NCBI GenBank assembly: GCA_963791065.1
Contig: CAWBQN010000020.1
Coordinates: forward strand, 44,347-108,346
Length of the DNA stretch: 64,000 nucleotides
Direction of reading: 5' to 3'
Origin: an uncultured Bacteroidales bacterium
Lineage (GTDB): Bacteria > Bacteroidota > Bacteroidia > Bacteroidales > VadinHA17
Both the position numbers and the translations under genes were made by a program. Shown piece by piece: positions 48,251 through 56,758 of this stretch. Under the pieces are notes generated by a model. It was not told where the DNA came from. It worked only from the letters and a program-made list of their open reading frames with translations, and ran no database searches. Every line of letters starts with the position of its first letter. Within the stretch, counting starts at the first letter, position 1.

Positions 48251-50296
48251 TCAGAGAAGGTCGACGCTCCGTTTCACAAACGTACTCAGCTCTTCACCCC
48301 TGAGCATATTATTTGCAAGTAATGCCAGATCAATAAGTTGTTTCACTATTTTATTGGCAGCACCAAACGATTCCAGAATGTCTTTCCTGGCATTTTCAAC
48401 ACCGGAAAGTTCTTTACGCAGATTTTCAAGATCATCTTTCTCCACCTGGCTGATCTCATCAGCCTTCTTTTTCTTATGGTCCTGTTCCATAAAGGCAATT
48501 TCCTCCCTGATCCGCTTTCTCGCCTTATCGTTCTCAGTCAGCCGTGTTCCTTCCTGTGTCTCAAGGTCGGCAGCTATTTTGTTAACAATCTGATGGTTCG
48601 GATTGACAACCAGGTTATAGCTATCAGGTAATTCACCATAAAAGTTCATGCCTCCTCCCATCTGCGACATATCCTTCATACGGCGCATGAATTCTGACTG
48701 TGTAATAATAACCGGGGCCTCATTTTCGTCAAGTGTCTCAAATACTACATTATATATCTCTTTCGTTTTAACCTTGACATTGAAAACACTCTTCAGATCC
48801 TCTTTTTGATCAGAAGTTAATTTTGACTCCCGGGTTTCTTCTTTCTGAATGAGTTTGTCCACAACATCCGAATCGACCCGTACGAATCTTGTATCCTTTA
48901 ATTTTGTTTCCAGCTGATTAATCAGATGAACATCGAGCTGCCCGTCCAGAAGTAATACGTCGTAGCCTTTACTTTTTGCTTTATCGATGTAGGTGAACTG
49001 ATCTGTTTTATTTGTTGAGTATAAATAAATAAGGGTTTTGTTTTTATCTGTCTGGTTTTCCTTTATTATCTTCTCATACTCTTCAAATGTGAAATACTTG
49101 TCTTCGGTGTTTTTGAGAAGAGCGAACTTTGAAGCTTTTTCATAGAACTTCTCTTCGGTAATCATACCATACTCGATAAACAGTTTGAGATTGTCCCACT
49201 TCTTTTCAAACTCCTCCCTGTTATTTTTAAATATATCATTCAACCTGTCCGCAACTTTTTTAGTTATATGGCTTGAGATCTTCTTCACGTTTGAATCGCT
49301 CTGAAGATAACTTCTTGATACATTAAGCGGTATATCGGGTGAATCGATGACGCCGTGCAAGAGGGTAAGAAACTCAGGAACAATACCCTCTACTGAATCT
49401 GTTACAAATACCTGATTACAATAAAGCTGGATCTTATTCTTCTGTATCTCAATATTGCTCTTGATCTTTGGAAAATAAAGAATGCCAGTGAGCTTAAACG
49501 GGTAGTCAACATTCAGGTGAATATAAAACAACGGATCATCACCTGAAGGATACAGCTCCCTGTAAAATTTATTATAATCATCTTCTTTCAGCTCAGCCGG
49601 TTTAAGTGTCCATGCAGGCTTTGTGTTATTTATAATCTTGTCCTTGCCTGTTTCAACGGATTTTCCGTCTTTCCATTCCTTTTCTTTCCCGAATGCTATT
49701 TCAACGGGAAGAAACTTGCAGTACTTCTTCAACAGCTGTTCAACCTTACCCTCTTCAAGGAAATCCTTTGATTCCTTATCGATATATAATATAACATCGG
49801 TGCCAATTTTGGTCCTCTCGACCTCTTCAATTGAAAACTCAGGACTGCCGTCGCAGGTCCATTTAACAGCCTGGGCTCCATCCTGATATGATTTGGTGAT
49901 AACTTCAACCTTATCAGACACCATGAAGGAAGAATAAAAGCCCAGACCAAAGTGACCGATTATTGCACCTGACTGGTCCTTATATTTATCGAGAAAATCA
50001 TTAGCACTTGAAAAAGCGATCTGATTAAGATATTTATCCAGTTCTTCCTTGGTCATACCAATACCACTATCGGTAACTGTTATCGTTTTTTTCTTCTTAT
50101 CAACCGACACTCTGATAGTTACATCACCGATCTCACCCTTATAATCACCTGCAGCAGCCATAGTCTTCAGCTTCTGTGTTGCGTCGACTGCATTTGAAAT
50201 AAGCTCACGCAGGAAAATCTCATGATCAGAATAAAGGAATTTTTTTATTATCGGGAAAATGTTCTCAGTTGTTACTCCAATCTTTCCGGTTTCCAT
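48251..50296 (-). CDS. htpG: Molecular chaperone HtpG (Hsp90)
   Basis: 681 aa. The N-terminal FLYSDHEIFLRELISNAVDA and GIGMTKEE..., HFGLGFYS Bergerat ATPase motifs are present. Confidence 0.92.
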   Translation of the reverse strand: METGKIGVTTENIFPIIKKFLYSDHEIFLRELISNAVDATQKLKTMAAAGDYKGEIGDVTIRVSVDKKKKTITVTDSGIGMTKEELDKYLNQIAFSSANDFLDKYKDQSGAIIGHFGLGFYSSFMVSDKVEVITKSYQDGAQAVKWTCDGSPEFSIEEVERTKIGTDVILYIDKESKDFLEEGKVEQLLKKYCKFLPVEIAFGKEKEWKDGKSVETGKDKIINNTKPAWTLKPAELKEDDYNKFYRELYPSGDDPLFYIHLNVDYPFKLTGILYFPKIKSNIEIQKNKIQLYCNQVFVTDSVEGIVPEFLTLLHGVIDSPDIPLNVSRSYLQSDSNVKKISSHITKKVADRLNDIFKNNREEFEKKWDNLKLFIEYGMITEEKFYEKASKFALLKNTEDKYFTFEEYEKIIKENQTDKNKTLIYLYSTNKTDQFTYIDKAKSKGYDVLLLDGQLDVHLINQLETKLKDTRFVRVDSDVVDKLIQKEETRESKLTSDQKEDLKSVFNVKVKTKEIYNVVFETLDENEAPVIITQSEFMRRMKDMSQMGGGMNFYGELPDSYNLVVNPNHQIVNKIAADLETQEGTRLTENDKARKRIREEIAFMEQDHKKKKADEISQVEKDDLENLRKELSGVENARKDILESFGAANKIVKQLIDLALLANNMLRGEELSTFVKRSVDLL

Positions 50297-50423
50297 ATCA
50301 GATAGTTTTTTAGTTTAACATGAATAATCTGCCGATCACTTTCAAAAGTTGTGCCGTTAGTTTTTCACTGCCAAATAGTCACCTTAATAAACGTTTCCTT
50401 GAAGGATACTTCCCACCATTACG

Positions 50424-50549
50424 GGTGTCTCAAAAGTTCTCTCTTAAACATTTACCCCTAAATCCCCCAAGGGGGACTTACTGAATATCAGATAGTTTCA
50501 TATCCCCCCTTGGGGGGTTTGGGAGTAATAAAGTAACTTTTGAGACACC
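50424..50549. repeat. 126-nt nested inverted-repeat element (MITE/REP-like) upstream of htpG
   Basis: Perfect 15-nt terminal inverted repeats are present: ggtgtctcaaaagtt at 50424-50438 and aacttttgagacacc at 50535-50549. Each arm contains its own palindrome: cccccaaggggg at 50464-50475 and ccccccttgggggg at 50504-50517. Confidence 0.65.
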
Positions 50550-50642
50550 TTCTAGGGAGGAGCCTGAATGCAGCGGTGGCAGAGGAGGATTAAAAGGGGT
50601 GAGTACATTAGGTACAGTTAATATGACAGGCACTGGTTTTAT

Positions 50643-51158
50643 CTAAAAATACTGCGGGAGCCTGAAAAAGGCCAGAATTAAAAGTATCACAGATAATAAA
50701 AGGAATCCCAGCAGGACATAGATTGAAAAATGACTTTTTTTTCTGAAGATCCCCAGGCTATGTTCACTGATAAGTTTCTTGACAGTATTGTGGATCCTGA
50801 GAATTGAGTTGCCATTCCTGGGTATGTAAGCATCAATATTAAATTTCAGAGTCTTCTTTATAGCATCCATCTTATCAGGAGGACCAAGCAGGATGAGACC
50901 GGTCCGCCGGTCAATTTTTTTTATATCCAATGTGAGATGTTCGATCATTTCAAACTGCTCAATGGTATCATGCAGACCAAGAATAGCGATCTTACAATAA
51001 TTATGCTCCTTTTCTGCCTCAAGCTGATTAATGAATTCCTCACGGGTTGGGAAAGAGTAGACAGTGTACCTGGTGAGGTCAGCAAACCTTTTCTTCACAT
51101 CCTCAGAGAATCCCCTGTGGTCGTCATAACAGTAAAGGTGAGTTTTGATATTCTTAGC
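50643..51158 (-). CDS. Receiver-like (possibly pseudo-receiver) domain protein with C-terminal transmembrane anchor
   Basis: The start is placed at MAKNIKTHLYCYDDHRG. It has a CheY-like beta-alpha pattern (CYDD..., AILGLHD, LLGPPD), but the conserved Lys position reads AYIPRN. The C-terminal hydrophobic helix is IYVLLGFLLLSVILLILAFF. Confidence 0.35.
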   Translation of the reverse strand, partial: AKNIKTHLYCYDDHRGFSEDVKKRFADLTRYTVYSFPTREEFINQLEAEKEHNYCKIAILGLHDTIEQFEMIEHLTLDIKKIDRRTGLILLGPPDKMDAIKKTLKFNIDAYIPRNGNSILRIHNTVKKLISEHSLGIFRKKSHFSIYVLLGFLLLSVILLILAFFRLPQYF

Positions 51159-51232
51159 CATAACAGAGTTAAAGGTAAGGAAAGTTTGCACTACTTAATG
51201 TTGGCTTGTTAAATAATCGAATAGTTGAATGG

Positions 51233-52063
51233 CTATTCCTGATTTCTTGCATCGACGTTAATAGTCAGCTGCCATAATCCGTCTTTATAATTATAAGCAT
51301 CGAATGAATAATCAGGACCATAATACTGATGATCGTCTTTATGTGAAGAAGAGAATGGAACCAGGTGATCAAAGATGATTGAACTGTCTGATCTGAAACG
51401 GAGAGACATCATTGCATTTGATGCGTATTCAAATACAGCTCTGTATTGCAGATTTCCTCCTGACGCAAACCACTTTTTGCCAAAAATAATGGAACCTTCA
51501 GGCGAAAAAGTCAACACATCTATTATTTTTCTGGTGATGAAAGCATTGCCATAATCTATACCAAGCAAAACCCAGCAGCGCTGTTTGTCAATAATATATG
51601 GTCTTAAATCATAATATAGTGCTCCATACCAGTCTGATTCTTTATATGTGCTATCTGTCCTGACGGGATCTTCATTGTAACCAACTGATAATCTGTATAT
51701 TTTGTTACTTTGGCCCGGCGACTCCTTTCTGATAAAATAACAATAGTACCTGCCGGGTTCATTTTCCAGAACAAGGTTCCAGGTAATAATTTTAAGCAGA
51801 GAATCAGGTGACATTATCTGACCCAGATATCTTAGATTAGTGAATCTGTGTTTAAAAACGGAATCTGACTTAACATAGCTGTCGAGAATTATCCTGATCG
51901 AATCGTTGATCCTTATCCTTTCAGCATCATTATAATTCCCGGTGAGCCGGTCAAAGAGCTCTTCGAGCACCTGGGACGTATCCCCGGGAGATCCCTGGCC
52001 ACTTGCAAAACCTGAGGATATAAGGAGTAATAGGAATATAAGGTGTAAGCTATGATGCTTCAT
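51233..52063 (-). CDS. Secreted hypothetical protein
   Basis: 276 aa with signal peptide MKHHSLHLIFLLLLISSGFASGQ. No recognisable motif. The start overlaps the upstream aminotransferase stop by 4 nt. Confidence 0.4.
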   Translation of the reverse strand: MKHHSLHLIFLLLLISSGFASGQGSPGDTSQVLEELFDRLTGNYNDAERIRINDSIRIILDSYVKSDSVFKHRFTNLRYLGQIMSPDSLLKIITWNLVLENEPGRYYCYFIRKESPGQSNKIYRLSVGYNEDPVRTDSTYKESDWYGALYYDLRPYIIDKQRCWVLLGIDYGNAFITRKIIDVLTFSPEGSIIFGKKWFASGGNLQYRAVFEYASNAMMSLRFRSDSSIIFDHLVPFSSSHKDDHQYYGPDYSFDAYNYKDGLWQLTINVDARNQE

Positions 52064-53265
52064 TTTTCCTTAAAGTTATGTTGTGCATCATTTAATAGCT
52101 CATTAATCAGCCCTGTGGCGGTTAATACCTCTTCTTTGGTTATAATTAACGGAGGTGCTATCCTGAATGAGTCATTACAGAAAAGAAAATAGTCAAGGAC
52201 GAGTCCATATTCAGGAGCATGTGCAATAACATACCTGATAAGTTCCGGATCAGTAAGTTTTACTGCAAGCAGGAGACCTTCTCCCCTCACTCCGGATATT
52301 AAAGGGTGCACCAGTTCCTTCCTGAAAATGGCCGACAGTGAATTACAGCTCTCCGCCAGTTTGTCATCAATGATCACATTCAGTGAAGCCAGTCCGGCTG
52401 CACAACTGACCGGATGCCCTCCGAAAGTGGTTATATGGCCAAGTGAAGGATTTGTAACAAGAGATGACATGATCTCACGGGAAGAGATAAATGCTCCAAG
52501 AGGCATTCCTCCGCCCAGAGCTTTTGCCAGAAGCAGGATATCGGGAACCACTCCGAACCTGTTGATGGCAAACATGTGCCCTAACCTGCCAAAACCAGTT
52601 TGTATCTCATCAAAGATCAGCAACGCACCGGTTAAACTGCAGCGGTCCTTCAGCCTGACAAGAAAATCATTCCCGGGAAAGATTATCCCGGCCTCACCCT
52701 GTACCGGTTCAACAATCACGCATGCTGTTTTGCTGTCAATGAATTTCAGCGATTTTTCATCGTTAAAAGGAACCTGGAAAGTATCCGGCAGCAATGGCCT
52801 GAACGAATTCCTGTAAACTTCACTTCCCTGAATACTCAAGGCACCATGTGTACTACCATGATAGGAATTCGTGAATGAAATAATACGGCTTCTCCCGGTA
52901 TATCTTTTAGCTAGCTTCAGTCCTCCCTCAACAGCTTCGCTGCCTGAATTTACAAAATAGCACGAATCCAGAGCCGGAGGAAGAAGCTCTGTGAGACGCT
53001 CCGCATATTTTACCTGTGGTGACTGGATCAGCTCACCATATACCATGAGGTGCGAATAAAGATCCACCTGGTTTTTGATTGCTTCGACTACTCTGGGATG
53101 ACAATGGCCGGTATTGCTGACCGAGACACCCGATATAAGATCGATATATTTTTCCCCATCGGGTCCGTACATGTAGACGCCTTCAGCTCTTACTATTTCA
53201 AGCATCAATGGTGAAACCGAAGTTTGTCCCAGGTGACTCAGGAACAATTGGCGATTTGTAAGCAT
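52060..53265 (-). CDS. Class-III PLP aminotransferase (acetylornithine/ornithine aminotransferase-like)
   Basis: 401 aa. NSGSEAVEGGLKLAK, FDEIQTGFGRLG, LAKALGGGMPLGA, and TFGGHP motifs. Confidence 0.8.
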   Translation of the reverse strand: MLTNRQLFLSHLGQTSVSPLMLEIVRAEGVYMYGPDGEKYIDLISGVSVSNTGHCHPRVVEAIKNQVDLYSHLMVYGELIQSPQVKYAERLTELLPPALDSCYFVNSGSEAVEGGLKLAKRYTGRSRIISFTNSYHGSTHGALSIQGSEVYRNSFRPLLPDTFQVPFNDEKSLKFIDSKTACVIVEPVQGEAGIIFPGNDFLVRLKDRCSLTGALLIFDEIQTGFGRLGHMFAINRFGVVPDILLLAKALGGGMPLGAFISSREIMSSLVTNPSLGHITTFGGHPVSCAAGLASLNVIIDDKLAESCNSLSAIFRKELVHPLISGVRGEGLLLAVKLTDPELIRYVIAHAPEYGLVLDYFLFCNDSFRIAPPLIITKEEVLTATGLINELLNDAQHNFKEK

Positions 53266-53280
53266 GAGAAGGCTTTGTGA

Positions 53281-53994
53281 TTATCTGGCCATCACATTAA
53301 TGTCATTCAGAAGTGAATCCCTGAACGATTTCCCAACGGGAATGCTTTTTACAGATCCTCCTACCATCAGGTCGAGTGTGTTCTCCTTAATTGTCTGTAT
53401 CCTGCTTTTGTTGATTATGAATGACCTGTGTACTCTGATAAAAACTCCTGAAGGCAGCTGATTTTCGATCGCTTTCATTGTAAAATGAATAGTAAATCTG
53501 TCATCATTGGTATTCAGAGTGACATAGTTTTCAAGAGCTTCGATATATATGATCTCCGTGAGCTTCAGTTTTACCAGTGAGGATCCCTTTTTAATGAAAA
53601 TTTCCTCATCACCGCTGTTAGTTACTTCTTTCCGAGCAAAATACCTTATTGTTTTATCAATAGCTTTACAAAACCGTCCATATGTCACCGGTTTAAGCAG
53701 GTAATCGACTACATTGAAGTCAAATGCTTTCAAGGCAAATTCCTCTGCAGACGATACAATAATGATATTCGGAGGGAAATCGAGACTCCGGATAAAATCA
53801 AATCCATTCATTTCCGGCATCTGGATATCAAGTATAACAAGGTCAATATCCTGTCGTTTTGTTAAAACATCCCTGGCTGCAACTGAATCACTGAATACAC
53901 CAACCAGGTTAAGGGAAGTGGATTTACTTGCATACCCTTCAAGGATTTTGCAGGTTAAAAGGTCATCGTCGACAATAATGCAATTCATGTGCAA
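53281..53994 (-). CDS. LytTR-family response regulator
   Basis: The receiver domain (IIVDDD...DLVILDIQMPEMNG...KP) is followed by a C-terminal LytTR DNA-binding domain (IYIEALENYV...FIRVHRSFIIN). Confidence 0.85.
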   Translation of the reverse strand: MHMNCIIVDDDLLTCKILEGYASKSTSLNLVGVFSDSVAARDVLTKRQDIDLVILDIQMPEMNGFDFIRSLDFPPNIIIVSSAEEFALKAFDFNVVDYLLKPVTYGRFCKAIDKTIRYFARKEVTNSGDEEIFIKKGSSLVKLKLTEIIYIEALENYVTLNTNDDRFTIHFTMKAIENQLPSGVFIRVHRSFIINKSRIQTIKENTLDLMVGGSVKSIPVGKSFRDSLLNDINVMAR

Positions 53995-54023
53995 ATTGTT
54001 GTTTTGGCAAAGTATTTCTCGAT

Positions 54024-54031
54024 CAAAATTA
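54024..54031 (-). promoter_or_regulatory. Candidate -7 promoter box (TAatTTTG on the minus strand) for the LytTR regulator gene
   Basis: The reverse complement reads TAATTTTG, 30 nt upstream of the ATG at 53994. Confidence 0.3.
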
Positions 54032-54269
54032 GTAAATAATTTTCAAGATATTTTAAGATTAATACTAAAGTTGAAAATCTTTTATCATTTTGTTCGAAAA
54101 TATTTCTTAACTCAATCAGTTACAATACCTAACATATTCTAATAATAATTCAGAATTAACTTGACTCTGGAATTATTTATTGCATAGATAAGCAATTTTT
54201 AAATACCGGCCATCATAGTCAGGGCTCGCAAGTGCAATGCACGATTCGCTTGTACACAGCAGATGACAC

Positions 54270-54707
54270 CTAACGACTGCTAAATCCTTTAAAGAAATAA
54301 TCTGGTTTTCCGGTTACATCTTCATACTCCGGCATCATGATAAGATTAAACGGAATATCCATGACCAGTGAAATTTTTTCACCATGCGCAAGGATATCGT
54401 CATCATCTTCTTCATAATACCAGTTGATTACAAGCTGTTTATTCGTCAATTTGAGATTTGAGATTTTCCTCAGAAGAGCAATCAATACTAATGAATTGGC
54501 GCTATTTAAGTACTCCAGATAAAAACAAATGCAAGTCAGATCAGCAGGATTAATAATATATAAATCAATCCATTTCTCTACCTGTGAATAAAATCCGGCT
54601 GCATTTTTGGCCATGGATCTTCCTTTTATTCTTATGACACCGTTTGGATCGAGTACAACCTCAGGGGTACTTTCAGTAGCCTCAATATTCTTCCCCGTTA
54701 ATAACAT
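54270..54707 (-). CDS. DUF1987 (SiaC-like) domain protein
   Basis: 145 aa. TPEVVLDPNGVIRIKGRSMAKNAAGFY...FYLEYLNSANS...INWYYEEDDDD matches the DUF1987/SiaC family pattern. Confidence 0.65.
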   Translation of the reverse strand: MLLTGKNIEATESTPEVVLDPNGVIRIKGRSMAKNAAGFYSQVEKWIDLYIINPADLTCICFYLEYLNSANSLVLIALLRKISNLKLTNKQLVINWYYEEDDDDILAHGEKISLVMDIPFNLIMMPEYEDVTGKPDYFFKGFSSR

Positions 54708-54909
54708 CTTTGTGGTAACTATTATTATTCAAATTCCCATACTGGTTCCCTACCGTATTATACGGACGCACAAAGAAAAGGATATGTTTCTTTCAGGTGA
54801 TTTTGATTAACGAGCCCATATCATGGATGTATGGGGTAACAGGAGTGATTAAATAAATTTGTTGAAGTAAAAAGGAATATCAGTATTGTACCGGAGGTTG
54901 TTTTAATTA

Positions 54910-55326
54910 TTACAGATATTTTTTGTATTCCTCAGGAACATCAAAATATTTATCATAATTCTCAACATCGGGACCGATCTTCTCTTCAACAATATTTTCC
55001 CTTAGCTTATAAGTACATTTTTCTCCCGCTATGCCAGAAAAGTAAATATTATATTCCTTTCCATTCTCATCAATCATTATGATCCTAACCAGGTGCTTAT
55101 ACTTGGTACTATTTAACTGTGAGTGGCAGATAGGGCAATTATAGATATATTCTTCCCCTTCTTTAAGTTGAAAGGAAGAATGTGTGGTTACTGAATAGTT
55201 CCCAATCTCAGGATTCAGGAATACCAATCCTCTCTTGGAACTGTGAAGCTTTGAAGCAGCAAGGACTATAGAAGTCTTCACATTAAGATGGCCCCTGCAA
55301 ATTTTACAAATATATTCTACTGCCAT
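54910..55326 (-). CDS. Hypothetical protein with two CxxC knuckles (putative zinc ribbon)
   Basis: 138 aa. CKIC at residues 7-10 and CPIC at residues 64-67. No other motif recognised. It is a monocistronic-looking gene flanked by intergenic regions of about 200 nt. Confidence 0.4.
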   Translation of the reverse strand: MAVEYICKICRGHLNVKTSIVLAASKLHSSKRGLVFLNPEIGNYSVTTHSSFQLKEGEEYIYNCPICHSQLNSTKYKHLVRIIMIDENGKEYNIYFSGIAGEKCTYKLRENIVEEKIGPDVENYDKYFDVPEEYKKYL

Positions 55327-55535
55327 GGTTCACCTCCTGTTTAATAATTTGTTTAATAATTCAATCAGCAACGTCCTTAACAAGGTACGAAATATTTTCT
55401 TTTCATCCAATTTTTTAAGGCTTATTTAACTGTAAAACATGAAAGCCTGTTTAACCGTGACTGAATCTCCTGATTTGTCGGAAAATTGCGAGCTTTTACA
55501 TGAAAAATACCTACTTTTAATTAAAATTTTTATTG

Positions 55536-55877
55536 ATGCACGAACTATCAATAGCCAGGAACATTATTGATATAGCTTCTGAGCAGGCGAAAATAAATAA
55601 TCTTACCGAAGTCAATGAAATTGAAATTGAGGTCGGGTCATTATCCGGAGTTGAAATTGAAGCGCTTGAATTTGTATTGGAGATAGTAACAAAAAAGACG
55701 ATACTTGAAAATTCCAGAACAATACTTACGCTGATTCCTGGAATGGCCCGGTGTTTGATCTGCTCCAATGAATTCGGGACTAACAGTTTTATTGCACAAT
55801 GCCCTGAATGCAAAGGATTTAATTTTCAGATTATTCAGGGGCAGGAATTAAGAGTAAAATCGTTGAATGTTTATTAA
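55536..55877 (+). CDS. hypA: Hydrogenase nickel-insertion protein HypA
   Basis: The MHELSIA N-terminus (Ni site) plus the CLIC...CPEC zinc motif; 113 aa. Confidence 0.9.
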   Translation: MHELSIARNIIDIASEQAKINNLTEVNEIEIEVGSLSGVEIEALEFVLEIVTKKTILENSRTILTLIPGMARCLICSNEFGTNSFIAQCPECKGFNFQIIQGQELRVKSLNVY

Positions 55878-55948
55878 ATGAACTTTCGCAAAATCTTTGG
55901 TCGGAATAATGTGTATACTCGGATTTAAATTAACACTCTGAAAAAATT

Positions 55949-56758
55949 ATGTGTGACACCTGTGGTTGTGGTCAAAGCAGTAATTCATATTCAATAATAA
56001 AACCCGGTGAAGAAATTCATCATCAAAAGGAGGATGGCCTTCAGTACAGTCATCATCATGACCATGATAACGAAAACGGACATCATTCTCATAAAATCAT
56101 TATTGAACAGGATATTCTTCAAAAGAATAACCTCATTGCTGAAAGGAACAGGGGTTATCTTGTCGCAAAAAATATTTTAACATTAAATTTGGTCAGTTCA
56201 CCCGGATCAGGAAAGACAAGTCTTATCGAAAGAACAATTAAAGATCTGGGCAAGGAACTGGATTTTTTTGTAATCGAAGGTGATCAGCAAACATCGCTTG
56301 ATGCCGAACGTATTCAAAATGCAGGCTGTCCGGTTGTTCAGATAAATACCGGGAATGGATGCCATCTGGATGCAGAAATGATAAACAGGGCCATTACAAA
56401 ACTTAAGATCACTGAACGTTCAATATTGATCATAGAAAATGTCGGTAATCTGGTGTGTCCGTCGTTGTTTGATCTTGGGGAATCATTCCGGGTTGTAATT
56501 ATCAGTGTTCCGGAGGGAGAAGACAAGCCACTCAAGTATCCGACAATGTTTCATACTTCAGATCTGTGTCTTATCAATAAGACAGATTTACTGCCATACG
56601 TTGATTTTAATGTTAGTAAGTGTAAAGAGTATGCATTAAGAATAAATCATCATTTACAGTTTTTTGATATGTCAGCAAAATGCGGAGAAGGACTTGAAAA
56701 CTGGTACAACTGGTTAAGAGAGGGTTGCAGAAAACTCCAATTCTCAAACCAGGAATAA
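55949..56758 (+). CDS. hypB: Hydrogenase nickel-incorporation GTPase HypB
   Basis: N-terminal MCDTCGCG (CxxCGC high-affinity metal site), a His-rich stretch (HHHDHDNENGHHSH), P-loop SSPGSGKTSL, ENVGNLVCP and NKTDL. Confidence 0.92.
   Translation: MCDTCGCGQSSNSYSIIKPGEEIHHQKEDGLQYSHHHDHDNENGHHSHKIIIEQDILQKNNLIAERNRGYLVAKNILTLNLVSSPGSGKTSLIERTIKDLGKELDFFVIEGDQQTSLDAERIQNAGCPVVQINTGNGCHLDAEMINRAITKLKITERSILIIENVGNLVCPSLFDLGESFRVVIISVPEGEDKPLKYPTMFHTSDLCLINKTDLLPYVDFNVSKCKEYALRINHHLQFFDMSAKCGEGLENWYNWLREGCRKLQFSNQE

Noticed and set aside
50295-50498. 14-nt direct repeat atatcagatagttt as a target-site duplication of the palindromic element
   Set aside because: The second copy sits at the centre of the element rather than flanking it, so it is not a simple TSD. 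A 14-mer match in AT-rich DNA is only modestly significant. It is kept as a note inside the element finding, not as a separate call.
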